The notes under the pieces are model-generated. The model saw nothing but the letters and a program-made list of their open reading frames with translations, was not told where the DNA came from and did not search any database. DNA of 27,388 nt from Thermoplasmatota archaeon (lineage in GTDB: Archaea > Thermoplasmatota > Penumbrarchaeia > Penumbrarchaeales > Penumbrarchaeaceae). Made by a program: the position numbers and the translations under genes. Shown here in pieces: positions 9,401-17,043 of this stretch (within the stretch, counting starts at the first letter, position 1; each line of letters starts with the position of its first letter). Location of the stretch: contig CBDDUX010000113.1 in assembly GCA_965234725.1 (NCBI GenBank), positions 1 through 27,388 on the forward strand. The letters run 5' to 3'.

Positions 9401-12400
9401 ATTCGGATTCCATGTGTTGGATTTTGGATCCGCCTTGCTTCCATCCTTCCAATCACTGTCATCAGCATCGGGAGTACCGTCATTGTCCTCGTCATACGGG
9501 TATGTATCAACAGAGTCTTCGATGCCATCATTATCATCATCATTGTCCTGACCATCGTTCTCTCCATCATTATCATGGTCCTGAGGATGATAATCATCCC
9601 CGTCCTTTATTTTGTCATTGTCATCGTCGATGTCAGGACCGTTCGGGATTCCATCGTTATCGAGATCATCGGGATATGTGTCGTTCTCGTTCTCTATTCC
9701 GTCACCATCCCTGTCTGGATCTACATGGTTTGGATACCAGTCGTTGTCGAAATCTATCCTCCATGGATCGCTCGAATCCGGGTTTCCGTCACCGTCATCA
9801 TCATATTCAATGGAATTGGCATATCCATCATTGTCGGTATCCAACATGAAGAGTGGCTCCTCCTTGTTGGGTATTCCGTCTCCGTCTATATCGTCATCAA
9901 CATCGTCCTTGAATCCATCAATATCCATGTCATCGGGTGGAATTTCCACGAAGGGATTTCCCCCCCAGTTCGGAAATATTGAAGCGGAGAATATTTCCCA
10001 TTCAGGAGGAGGTGAGAAATCAAGGTCGATATGGAAGACCTTATCGTATCCAGAGATGAATACCCTGCAAGTGAAGGGTGTGAAACTGAAAAACAGCTGA
10101 GGGGATATTCCTATCTCAAGAACATCACCTCCATACAGTAGACCGTGATTCACAACAGGATCATTGTTAAGATAAGAAGCGTATTTATCCTCTGGATAAA
10201 CCTTCAGGTCTGTTATGGTATCATCAATGTTCTCAATTCTTATCCTCTTCTCCAGAGTATAAGGATCCATTGAAACCTCTGTCACTGTAAGATTAACGAA
10301 AACGTGATCAAGATTGACCCTCATGATCGAATAATCCTTCAGAGGTTCCTCTCCATCTTCAGGAATTGTTGTAAGGTTCAGAACGAGATTGTGGTCGATA
10401 TCTTTTGCATCCTGTGCATGGATTGCAAGTTTGAGGTAATATGAATTTCCCGGAAGTGTTGACATCACCTTATCGTTAGATCCTGTCCCGATGAATCCTA
10501 CTATGAGATCATCGTGAGGATTATCAACAGTAACCTTGATCTGATGAACCTTATCATCGATATTCTCCACATAGATCAGAACCTCCTGATCATAATCCCT
10601 ATCGATCCTCTGGTGGTGGATCCTGTGTTTGAATATCACTCCCGTGCCGATGGTGATCTCCCTAACCTCACTCTGAGATGAGCCATACGGTGAAGTAGAT
10701 TCAACATAGAATTCGTAAGTTGTATCCCTATCAAGATCTGTGATATTCACAATATGCTCCCTATCATCTGTTCCGTTGAATATATCATATTCAGATTCAC
10801 CTTCTTCTCTGATATGGACCAGACTCGTGGTTTCAATTGCAGTTCTCCATGTGAACATCATATTTGTGGTTCCAAAATTGTCCCCATTATTCGGTCTGAG
10901 ATCCAAAATGACAGGGTCGGTCGTTATTGAAATGTACGCGGATATAATCTGGTTGATATCATTTAACTCAGAATATATGAGCAGATCAATTTGTACTGTT
11001 CCACTATCAGCATCGAGAGGGATGATAATTGACACATCGATGTACTCATATTCTCCAGGGCCTATGTAGAGTTCATCCTTTCCGAATATGACCCAGGATG
11101 AATATGGATCTTCAGCAGAAAGGTCGAACCAGTCCTCGATGAAAGCATCATTTCTCAATTTCAGACCCAGGACTATCTCCTCTCCAACAGTAGCATCGAC
11201 CTCATAGGGGTAGAGGGATAACATTGTGGTGATGGAGGGAGAACCTCCTTCCACATCGGTAAAAGACCCCATTCCACCATCGGACCTTATGTAGGAGACC
11301 TGATAGAAATAATGCTTACCAGTTTCAAGATCGGAATCCCTGAAATTGGATGAAGAGGAAGTTCCTATCAATTCCATATCAGTCAAATTGAAATTGAACA
11401 GCTGGGAAGATGGAATTGTCATCCTAGGTTCACCTGGACTATCAATCTCAAGAGAAACTACGGCACTCAGGGAGTGTTCAAAATAATCTAACCTGATCTG
11501 ATGATACCCTTTGATAAGTGTTTTTATCCCCCTGTTTTCAGTCACCCCGTGGTTTCGCCAATCATCTATTATCAGGTCGCCATCCAACCATAATCTTACA
11601 CCATCATCTGACTGAGTGAATATCTCATGATCGCCATCTCTGTCGATCTTCAAATAACCGTTCCAGCTGACAGAGAAGGAGTTGATATCAACTCCAAGCA
11701 ATGGTGAACCTACCTCCCAATCGAAATCTATCTCTTCATCATTCCTGTAACCGACCAGATCGGTCAGATTCTCATTATTATAGTAAGCACCCAGAAGACC
11801 ATTGTTCACTTTCGAACTGTCTACTCCGTACACGTTGTAATGATCGAGGTCAGGATCATTAACATCATCCCATGAGAGATCAAGGAAACCACTTCCGGAT
11901 GTGATCTCAAATCCAGTTATTGGGAGTTGATAATTGTTATACAATTCCCCAATATTAGAGCTGTTAAGGTAGGTTTCCAGTATCAGGACCTCATCTAATG
12001 AACCGACAAAACCTTGTCCTGATTCGAATCCCCCACCAACGCTATCCTGCTCATAACCCAGAACAAGGGATCCACCTTGCTCGATGGATTCTCCTGTTGA
12101 AACCGTCCCTGAATCTTCCTCCACTCCATCAACATAAAGGACAATGTTTCCATCAGAACTTCTCCATGTAAATGCAAGATGATGCCAATCTCCATCTCTA
12201 ATATCCTTCACCACGGTGAAATCTTGGGGCCAATCCACCTCAATTGTGATATACCCATCAATGTAGATAAGGACCTCATTATCCTCACCGGGGACAGCAT
12301 AGGACAGAACATGATTTCTGAAATCATCATCTGCTATCTTTATCCAAAAGGCGATGGTAAATTCACTATCGGGCATATCGAAGGGGTTGCAGATAATGAG

Positions 12401-12706
12401 GTCCTCCACCCCATCGAAATCCAAACAGGTCCCATTAACTCCCTGTCCCCATCTTGGATCCCTCTCATCCTCTTGTTCATCTAAACCCATCCTTGCATCC
12501 CAACCGTTTCCACTTGAATCCGCTAGGACCTGGCCTGAACCTTCATTGAATCGATAATGAACAACCATGTCTCCAAGATCAACTGATCCAGCATCCTCGA
12601 ATGAAATAAGGATGAAAAATGATGTGAGGACCATCATTATAGCCACACTTAAAGACCTTGCTTTCAAGAATAGTGGAAGACCGTTCCTTTTCTCCATTCC
12701 TAACAT
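6440..12706 (-). CDS. Giant modular cell-surface protein: signal peptide, LamG/pentraxin-like, FN3 with nested PA14, Ig-like domains, TSP3-like Ca-binding repeats, internal hydrophobic segment, six-blade propeller-like region, CARDB, Big_5-like, C-terminal TM
   Basis: ORF open from 12757; ATG 12706 follows GGGGGA and precedes a signal-like segment. LamG-like HYRFNEGSG..DGDWHHLAFTW..FVGSLDEV; PA14 GLLGAYY..IDFDW..FSVSWNG..SDDGVRLWLDG; DxDxDG repeats; Asp-boxes SNDRGNSW and SFDLGDSW; CARDB ATIRNQG..VVVDE..E..EDNN; TM WWIIPILILILIVIIIGVVVFI followed by KLNRK. Confidence 0.85.
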   Translation of the reverse strand: MLGMEKRNGLPLFLKARSLSVAIMMVLTSFFILISFEDAGSVDLGDMVVHYRFNEGSGQVLADSSGNGWDARMGLDEQEDERDPRWGQGVNGTCLDFDGVEDLIICNPFDMPDSEFTIAFWIKIADDDFRNHVLSYAVPGEDNEVLIYIDGYITIEVDWPQDFTVVKDIRDGDWHHLAFTWRSSDGNIVLYVDGVEEDSGTVSTGESIEQGGSLVLGYEQDSVGGGFESGQGFVGSLDEVLILETYLNSSNIGELYNNYQLPITGFEITSGSGFLDLSWDDVNDPDLDHYNVYGVDSSKVNNGLLGAYYNNENLTDLVGYRNDEEIDFDWEVGSPLLGVDINSFSVSWNGYLKIDRDGDHEIFTQSDDGVRLWLDGDLIIDDWRNHGVTENRGIKTLIKGYHQIRLDYFEHSLSAVVSLEIDSPGEPRMTIPSSQLFNFNLTDMELIGTSSSSNFRDSDLETGKHYFYQVSYIRSDGGMGSFTDVEGGSPSITTMLSLYPYEVDATVGEEIVLGLKLRNDAFIEDWFDLSAEDPYSSWVIFGKDELYIGPGEYEYIDVSIIIPLDADSGTVQIDLLIYSELNDINQIISAYISITTDPVILDLRPNNGDNFGTTNMMFTWRTAIETTSLVHIREEGESEYDIFNGTDDREHIVNITDLDRDTTYEFYVESTSPYGSSQSEVREITIGTGVIFKHRIHHQRIDRDYDQEVLIYVENIDDKVHQIKVTVDNPHDDLIVGFIGTGSNDKVMSTLPGNSYYLKLAIHAQDAKDIDHNLVLNLTTIPEDGEEPLKDYSIMRVNLDHVFVNLTVTEVSMDPYTLEKRIRIENIDDTITDLKVYPEDKYASYLNNDPVVNHGLLYGGDVLEIGISPQLFFSFTPFTCRVFISGYDKVFHIDLDFSPPPEWEIFSASIFPNWGGNPFVEIPPDDMDIDGFKDDVDDDIDGDGIPNKEEPLFMLDTDNDGYANSIEYDDDGDGNPDSSDPWRIDFDNDWYPNHVDPDRDGDGIENENDTYPDDLDNDGIPNGPDIDDDNDKIKDGDDYHPQDHDNDGENDGQDNDDDNDGIEDSVDTYPYDEDNDGTPDADDSDWKDGSKADPKSNTWNPNPAPGGSPGNFGGGGGSDSAGGDDWYCTNKPELDLAELLVFLVELGLIFVGLITGIAAAGATAACMWGLLGIVGGFIKDAAIGAASSAAENFFGFSTHDMKVGAARWAINTFSRGSDNDIMGSTRGPEDAYRYRDVTPETTRGNPLTVINSKGVHYVWQEKVNGVSQIFYAQSDSPIKNPKEEVMVTNSSIDSVDPYLHSNGGMFLVYAENGPSSSEVLIRQMESDGTWGKPYSVATSTGMVHEPRYDRDNDGLFHVVWSDSRYGNYEIMHTYTISYMYSFHLPERITNTDGHSLQPAIVVDASDRSHIVWSDSDGMSREIYHVRSNDRGNSWGSIEVISSSGTRASEPTMVLTRLGTIHVAWSDHRHDETEIYYSKSFDLGDSWEDEVRITDDDSYSELPELNYYDENLILLWHDDRTNLDLRYFKTYNSSSDEWSLMKRMPSGIPTIDSLFFEIQLTPDGDEGDVKPHDLYLYLDDILLGSIKNEVPEGKYIFEIPLDVLSAAAYQMKEGKLKLKSKHMNPGHYVVAANWKLTWHYTYDDTYLSAPDQYTADMYLRENMSDHWLTEDPAIYANDISLSDRLPEVDDVVDISATIRNQGGISATGINVRFYEQEPGNASRLIGEQTVKAIGSHESVTVIMKWNATRYTTRIYVVVDEAGLVNELIEDNNIAFMRLNVVVMEPPVGTISINEGDPYTGETRIFISFNSESANEVTHYSLSNDNSTWSDWKELLDYVSWYLEGITRTTGDSGVERTVYAKFKDIAGLESEVYSSTIEYYPDAPVVVKTSMDDGEVGVESSISIEFSNPMDDAATRSAFSIEPKVDGSFTWVNSTLYFIPTDGWTADETYKISIFHAAGDFSGRELETDHNWTFVAKEGIVDDDDPPPVDSDGDGMPDAWEDLHGLNKTDPSDATLDLDGDGISNVDEFKGGTNPEQIDAKDDDDGNDGDNDSGGSVWWIIPILILILIVIIIGVVVFIKLNRKDDLEE
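9455..9935 (-). repeat. Tandem ~29-aa Asp-rich thrombospondin type-3-like repeats (about five units) inside the giant protein
   Basis: Recurrent DxDNDGxxNxxDxDxDGDGIxDxxDxYP pattern, e.g. DLDNDGIPNGPDIDDDNDKIKDGDDYHP and DHDNDGENDGQDNDDDNDGIEDSVDTYP. Confidence 0.8.
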
Positions 12707-12975
12707 AAAAATCCCCCAAAGATCATAAAAAATTGGATTTCCCAACCGATGATACATACATCTTGACTGATATATTTTTTTCCAATGTATTTGGAAATGA
12801 ACCTTCGATAAAAATTAGATTGGTTTATAACTTGATTTTCAATTAAATATTTGCCATAGATATCAATTTGCGAACTTTAAAAAGAACCATTAAATAATAC
12901 TGTCTGGATTGAATCTTACGTATCATTATCCTCATTTTTTACTATAATGCAGGTTGAAGATGAAATGGTGAAAAA

Positions 12976-13338
12976 ATGACAAAAGAACCTCACTGTATTG
13001 AAGCAATAGGTTTGGAATCTCGGAATATCTTCATGGGACTTGTAAAAGCAAGAAGAGGTTTGAAAACCGGTCAAATCATCAGAAATGAACTTCTAGACCT
13101 AGTACTCGAAGCAAGGTCATCCGGTTCTATTGATAAGATGGAAAAAGTAGCGATAATCTCAAGGGACCTATCCAGATCAGAGAAAATTGCATTCCTGGAG
13201 GACCTTGCAAAAGATCTTGAAATTGCCATTGAGAGCTTTGATATAGAAAAGATGGATAATATATTGAATGAATTCATAGACCTTTCAGATCCATACAATA
13301 ACGAGGAGAAGGATGAGGGTGGAGATAATGTTTGTTGA
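12976..13338 (+). CDS. Small helical hypothetical protein resembling the C-terminal tail of hybrid sensor kinases
   Basis: 120-aa ORF whose 3' end overlaps the kinase start; ends LEDLAKDLEIAIESFDIEKMDNILNEF; preceded by an AT-rich intergenic region. Confidence 0.6.
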   Translation: MTKEPHCIEAIGLESRNIFMGLVKARRGLKTGQIIRNELLDLVLEARSSGSIDKMEKVAIISRDLSRSEKIAFLEDLAKDLEIAIESFDIEKMDNILNEFIDLSDPYNNEEKDEGGDNVC

Positions 13339-14503
13339 AGAAAGCCAGGTCAACGTTCTTATCGTAGATGACGTTTCAAAGAACATCCAGGTACTGGGAT
13401 CGATACTCAGAGAGAAAGGGTACCATATCTCTTATGCGACGAACGGAAAGGATGCACTGGCGAAAGTAAAGAATTCAAAATTCGATATTATCCTTTTAGA
13501 TGTGATGATGCCGGAAATGGATGGTTTTGAGACATGCAGGAGATTGAGATTGGAAAGGACATCTCAGGATATCCCTGTGATCTTCCTTACCGCTAAGACA
13601 GATGAGGATTCGAAGATGAAGGGATTCGATGTCGGGGCACAGGATTATGTTACAAAACCGTTCAATACTCCAGAACTGATAGCAAGGGTGGACACCCATG
13701 TTCAACTGAAAAAGGCCAGAGATGAAATGGTCTTCATGAACAAGCAGTTAGAACAGGTTAACATTCTCAGGGAATCAATACTTAAACAGCTGGAGGAGAC
13801 CAACAGGAAATTGAAGGATTCAGACAGTATCAAGAACGAGTTCATATCCATACTTTCACACGATATGGGAACACCGATCACCGTCATCAAAGCAAACCTG
13901 GAGATGATACAGGAGATCTATCTGGGATCCCTGGACGATAATCTGAAGAGGATCATGAAGACCATGGAAAGGGCCTCTGAGGCCCTTGAAAGGCTCCGGA
14001 TGGATACCCTTGACCTCTCAAGGATGGACCTGGGAACAATGGAGTTGAATATGGATGAGTTCGATCTTTCACAGTTGATCGAAGAGGCAGCGGATAGCAT
14101 TAGAGGTCCCGCATCAAAGAAATTGCAGTCTGTTAATGTGGATACGGAAAGACCCCTAATGGTGAAAGGTGATATGTTCAAATTGCGTAGGGTTCTCAAT
14201 AATTATATCTCAAATGCACACAGGTATTCCCCCGATGGAAAAGGTTTCAGTATTACTGCATCACGAAAAGGCAATGATGTTCAGGTAGAGGTCAAGGACA
14301 CAGGCAGGGGAATAAAAAAGGAAGAACTGGAAAAAGTGTTCGAGAGATTCTACAGGACAGGCAAGAGGGTCGAGGGAAGCACGGGCCTGGGTCTGGCTAT
14401 TGTCAAGGGGATCATCAAGGCCCACGGCGGTAGATCCTGGGCCGAAAGCGAGGGAGAAGGAAAGGGTTCCAGCTTCTTTTTCACCATTCCGTTGTTATCT
14501 TGA
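13328..14503 (+). CDS. Hybrid response regulator / histidine kinase (REC-coiled coil-HisKA-HATPase_c), cytoplasmic
   Basis: REC: VLIVDD, IILLDVMMPEMDG, IFLTA, DYVTKPF. H-box SILSHDMGTPI; N-box NNYISNAHRY; G1 VKDTGRGI; F-box VFERFYR; G2 GLGLAIV. ATG 13328 follows GAGGGTGGAG. No TM segment. Confidence 0.93.
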   Translation: MFVEESQVNVLIVDDVSKNIQVLGSILREKGYHISYATNGKDALAKVKNSKFDIILLDVMMPEMDGFETCRRLRLERTSQDIPVIFLTAKTDEDSKMKGFDVGAQDYVTKPFNTPELIARVDTHVQLKKARDEMVFMNKQLEQVNILRESILKQLEETNRKLKDSDSIKNEFISILSHDMGTPITVIKANLEMIQEIYLGSLDDNLKRIMKTMERASEALERLRMDTLDLSRMDLGTMELNMDEFDLSQLIEEAADSIRGPASKKLQSVNVDTERPLMVKGDMFKLRRVLNNYISNAHRYSPDGKGFSITASRKGNDVQVEVKDTGRGIKKEELEKVFERFYRTGKRVEGSTGLGLAIVKGIIKAHGGRSWAESEGEGKGSSFFFTIPLLS

Positions 14504-14535
14504 AATGAAGAGTGACTTATCTATTTTCCCAAGTT

Positions 14536-16002
14536 TTAGGAAATCGATCCCTTTTTATCTGATCTCTCACTGTCCTTCTTTTTAATCAGTTTCCTTAAGA
14601 AGATCCTGAGCCAGGTATATCCGATAATTGCACCCAACCCATTTCCAAGAAGGATACCGAACCAGACACCAACGAGTCCCCAGCCAAAGACGATACCAAA
14701 GAGAATGGAAAACGTCAAGGCAAGGACTATTGTTCGGATCAAGGTCACAAAAAGTGAATTGAAACCTTTTCCAATGGCCTGGAATGTTGCACTCGAGAGC
14801 ATGCCGAAACCAACCATGAAGTTCATCAGAACGAAGACCCTCAGGAAGATCACAAGGTCCCCTCTGAGATGGACCGAAGTGCTGGACCATGTGAAAGCAA
14901 GGACTATGAAATCAGCAAGTGCAAAGACGATTATCGAGATCGGTATCTCTATCATTAGACCTAACTTGATCGCATACCTGTGAACAAACCGTAACTTCCG
15001 GTATTTTCCAGCCCCGAATGCAGCACCGGCAACCGATACGACTGCCGTGGCGATTCCCATCATGGGAAGTGTCGCCATGGATACCACCCTCCATCCGGTA
15101 GAGAATATGGCGACCCCGTCGGTACCTCCAACGGTTACCACAACCACATTAAGGACCATCATGTTGATGGCCATCGACATCTGCATAAGAGATGCTGGAA
15201 CACCTACCCTCATGATATCCTTTAGAATATTCAAACTGGGTTTGAACTTACCAAGTCCGAACGTTACAAAGGTATCCTTTCTGAAGAAAAGCCAGTAGAA
15301 GAGGAGAAGTCCTGTCACACCGAAGGATAACATTGTGGCCCAAGCAGCGCCTGAGATACCCATACCTAACAGAGGCAGAGATAGACCCTTTGAAACAGGA
15401 AGACCCATACCCGATAATACACGGCCGAACATGAAGTCGTCATAGATGAAGAGGGGATCAAGTACAATGTTCAGGGCAGAACCGAGAACCATTGCATACA
15501 TGGCCCTTTTTGTATCACCTTCGGCCCTGAGTATGGCATTTGCAATGTTCGTGAAGAAGATTATCAGAGAGAAACCGACTATTACCCTTCCGTAGCTCAC
15601 TGCCAATGGGGCAACCTCTCCGGCTTGGAACAGGTCGAAGATCTCGGGAAGGAAAATGAAGACCGGGATTGAAAACAAGACTGCGATCACAAACATCAAA
15701 ATAATCATATGGTCTGCAACATTGTCAGCTCCCTCCTTGTCACGACCCCCGATCCTTCTCGAAATTGCCGCACCGCCACCTACACCGATTCCCGTTGCAA
15801 GGGCCATTATTAGAAAGAAGAAGGGAAATACAAATCCAACGGCGGATAGGGAATCCGCTCCAAGCCCTGAAACCCATATCGCATCAGCGAGATTGTATAC
15901 AGTCTGCACCGACATCGCGATTATCATCGGGATCGATAGTTTGATGATGGCCTTCCTGGGATTTCCCAGAAGGGTCTTTACACCCTGGGTCTGGCCTTTC
16001 AT
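14536..16002 (-). CDS. MATE family efflux transporter
   Basis: IIKLSIPMIIAMSVQTVYNLADAIWVS; AILRAEGDTKRAM; LNIVLDPLFI; GMGISGAAWAT; FQAIGK; about 12 hydrophobic segments; 4-nt overlap with the upstream MarR gene. Confidence 0.93.
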   Translation of the reverse strand: MKGQTQGVKTLLGNPRKAIIKLSIPMIIAMSVQTVYNLADAIWVSGLGADSLSAVGFVFPFFFLIMALATGIGVGGGAAISRRIGGRDKEGADNVADHMIILMFVIAVLFSIPVFIFLPEIFDLFQAGEVAPLAVSYGRVIVGFSLIIFFTNIANAILRAEGDTKRAMYAMVLGSALNIVLDPLFIYDDFMFGRVLSGMGLPVSKGLSLPLLGMGISGAAWATMLSFGVTGLLLFYWLFFRKDTFVTFGLGKFKPSLNILKDIMRVGVPASLMQMSMAINMMVLNVVVVTVGGTDGVAIFSTGWRVVSMATLPMMGIATAVVSVAGAAFGAGKYRKLRFVHRYAIKLGLMIEIPISIIVFALADFIVLAFTWSSTSVHLRGDLVIFLRVFVLMNFMVGFGMLSSATFQAIGKGFNSLFVTLIRTIVLALTFSILFGIVFGWGLVGVWFGILLGNGLGAIIGYTWLRIFLRKLIKKKDSERSDKKGSIS

Positions 16003-16439
16003 GCCATTCCCTCCGCATTCCTTTCAAGTTTTGATAGTAGATCCAGCAAATACTCCTTTTCATCTTCAGGAAGTCCCCTGGTCAATCCTGAGGTCCATTC
16101 ATCAAGGATGGTCTTCAATATTGGTTTGAACTTGAGACCCTTATCAGTGACATGGAGATGGTGGACCCTTCGGTCCTCCTCATCCCTGGTCCTTGTGACA
16201 TAACCCTCGGTCTCCAATTTTTTCATTGCCCGGGCAGTTGTCGCTTTATCCACCATCAACTTCTCGGTGATCTCATCTTGGGAGGCTCCTTCCATCCTAT
16301 AAAGAAAAAGCAGGAAGATATACTGTCCTGAACCCAGACCATAAGGTTCCAGAGCACGGCTGAGATATATGTTCTTGTAAACGTTCAAGCGTGATATATA
16401 ACGCCCGAAAGACTTCGCCGGAGCAGGTTCGGACACCAT
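15999..16439 (-). CDS. MarR family transcriptional regulator (ATG 16439 preferred over 16487)
   Basis: LEPYGLGSGQYIFL; SQDEI..VDKATTARAMKKLETEGYVTR..DRRVHHLHVTDKG winged helix. A minus-strand TTATATAT lies 26-33 nt upstream of ATG 16439. Confidence 0.92.
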   Translation of the reverse strand: MVSEPAPAKSFGRYISRLNVYKNIYLSRALEPYGLGSGQYIFLLFLYRMEGASQDEITEKLMVDKATTARAMKKLETEGYVTRTRDEEDRRVHHLHVTDKGLKFKPILKTILDEWTSGLTRGLPEDEKEYLLDLLSKLERNAEGMA

Positions 16440-16464
16440 GAGGTATAAAGTGTATACCTGGTCC

Positions 16465-16516
16465 ATATATAATGGTTGCGTGCGCAACTATTTTCTCTGG
16501 ATGTTGTTCGCGCAAA
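16465..16516 (-). promoter_or_regulatory. TATA box plus palindromic operator(s) upstream of marR-MATE
   Basis: AATGGTTGCG-TG-CGCAACTATT (16471-16492; one mismatch in 10-bp arms) abuts the minus-strand TATA (16465-16472); a degenerate second copy GTTGTTCGCGCAAA is at 16503-16516. Confidence 0.65.
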
Positions 16517-16581
16517 TGTTTTTTACGTATAATGACATTGACCCATTTGAAAAATGGGAATTCTCTGTGGGGTGACAGTCT

Positions 16582-17043
16582 TTGGCTTCCGTCGGTAAAG
16601 AGGAGAATATAGAAGAGGTGCTCGCTCCCCCTCATGAGGTATATTCTGTACTGACAGAAATGGACATGGCCCAAATTTGGGGTCAGACAACCATTGGGAC
16701 CCTAACATTTCCCAGTGACCCCAGGATGAGATTGGGCCAAACTGTAGATCTCTATCCAAAGGGAATGAAGGATCCCCTCAAACTCAAGATAAAGATCATG
16801 CATCATGGCGAATTCATAGAACTTGAGGTCGTGGACGGGCCGATGTTCGGGATACTGAAGTTCTCCGTGGAGACCAGACCTTACGGGACCCTGGTCACTT
16901 CCTCCTTCGAATACAGGATAGAATCCATGGGATTCAATCTCAAATGGAAGATGACCGAAAGGAAAAGATACAGGCAGATGATGGATGCGATCCTTGTCAA
17001 CATCAAGAACCTAACAGAACAGAGAAAGGCACAGTCTGTTTAG
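16582..17043 (+). CDS. SRPBCC / START-like (polyketide cyclase-like) family protein
   Basis: E.V.APPHEVYSVLTEM..MAQIWG opening, beta-rich middle (GTLVTSSFEY) and a long C-terminal helix (MMDAILVNIKNLTE). Confidence 0.65.
   Translation: MASVGKEENIEEVLAPPHEVYSVLTEMDMAQIWGQTTIGTLTFPSDPRMRLGQTVDLYPKGMKDPLKLKIKIMHHGEFIELEVVDGPMFGILKFSVETRPYGTLVTSSFEYRIESMGFNLKWKMTERKRYRQMMDAILVNIKNLTEQRKAQSV

Noticed and set aside
9051..10100. Cluster of overlapping plus-strand ORFs (166, 151, 135, 162 aa)
   Set aside because: Shadow ORFs caused by the low-complexity Asp/Gly repeat tract on the minus strand.
12760..12975. AT-rich intergenic region as replication origin or ncRNA
   Set aside because: No ORB-like repeats, adjacent cdc6/orc1 or stable structure seen; consistent with divergent promoters.
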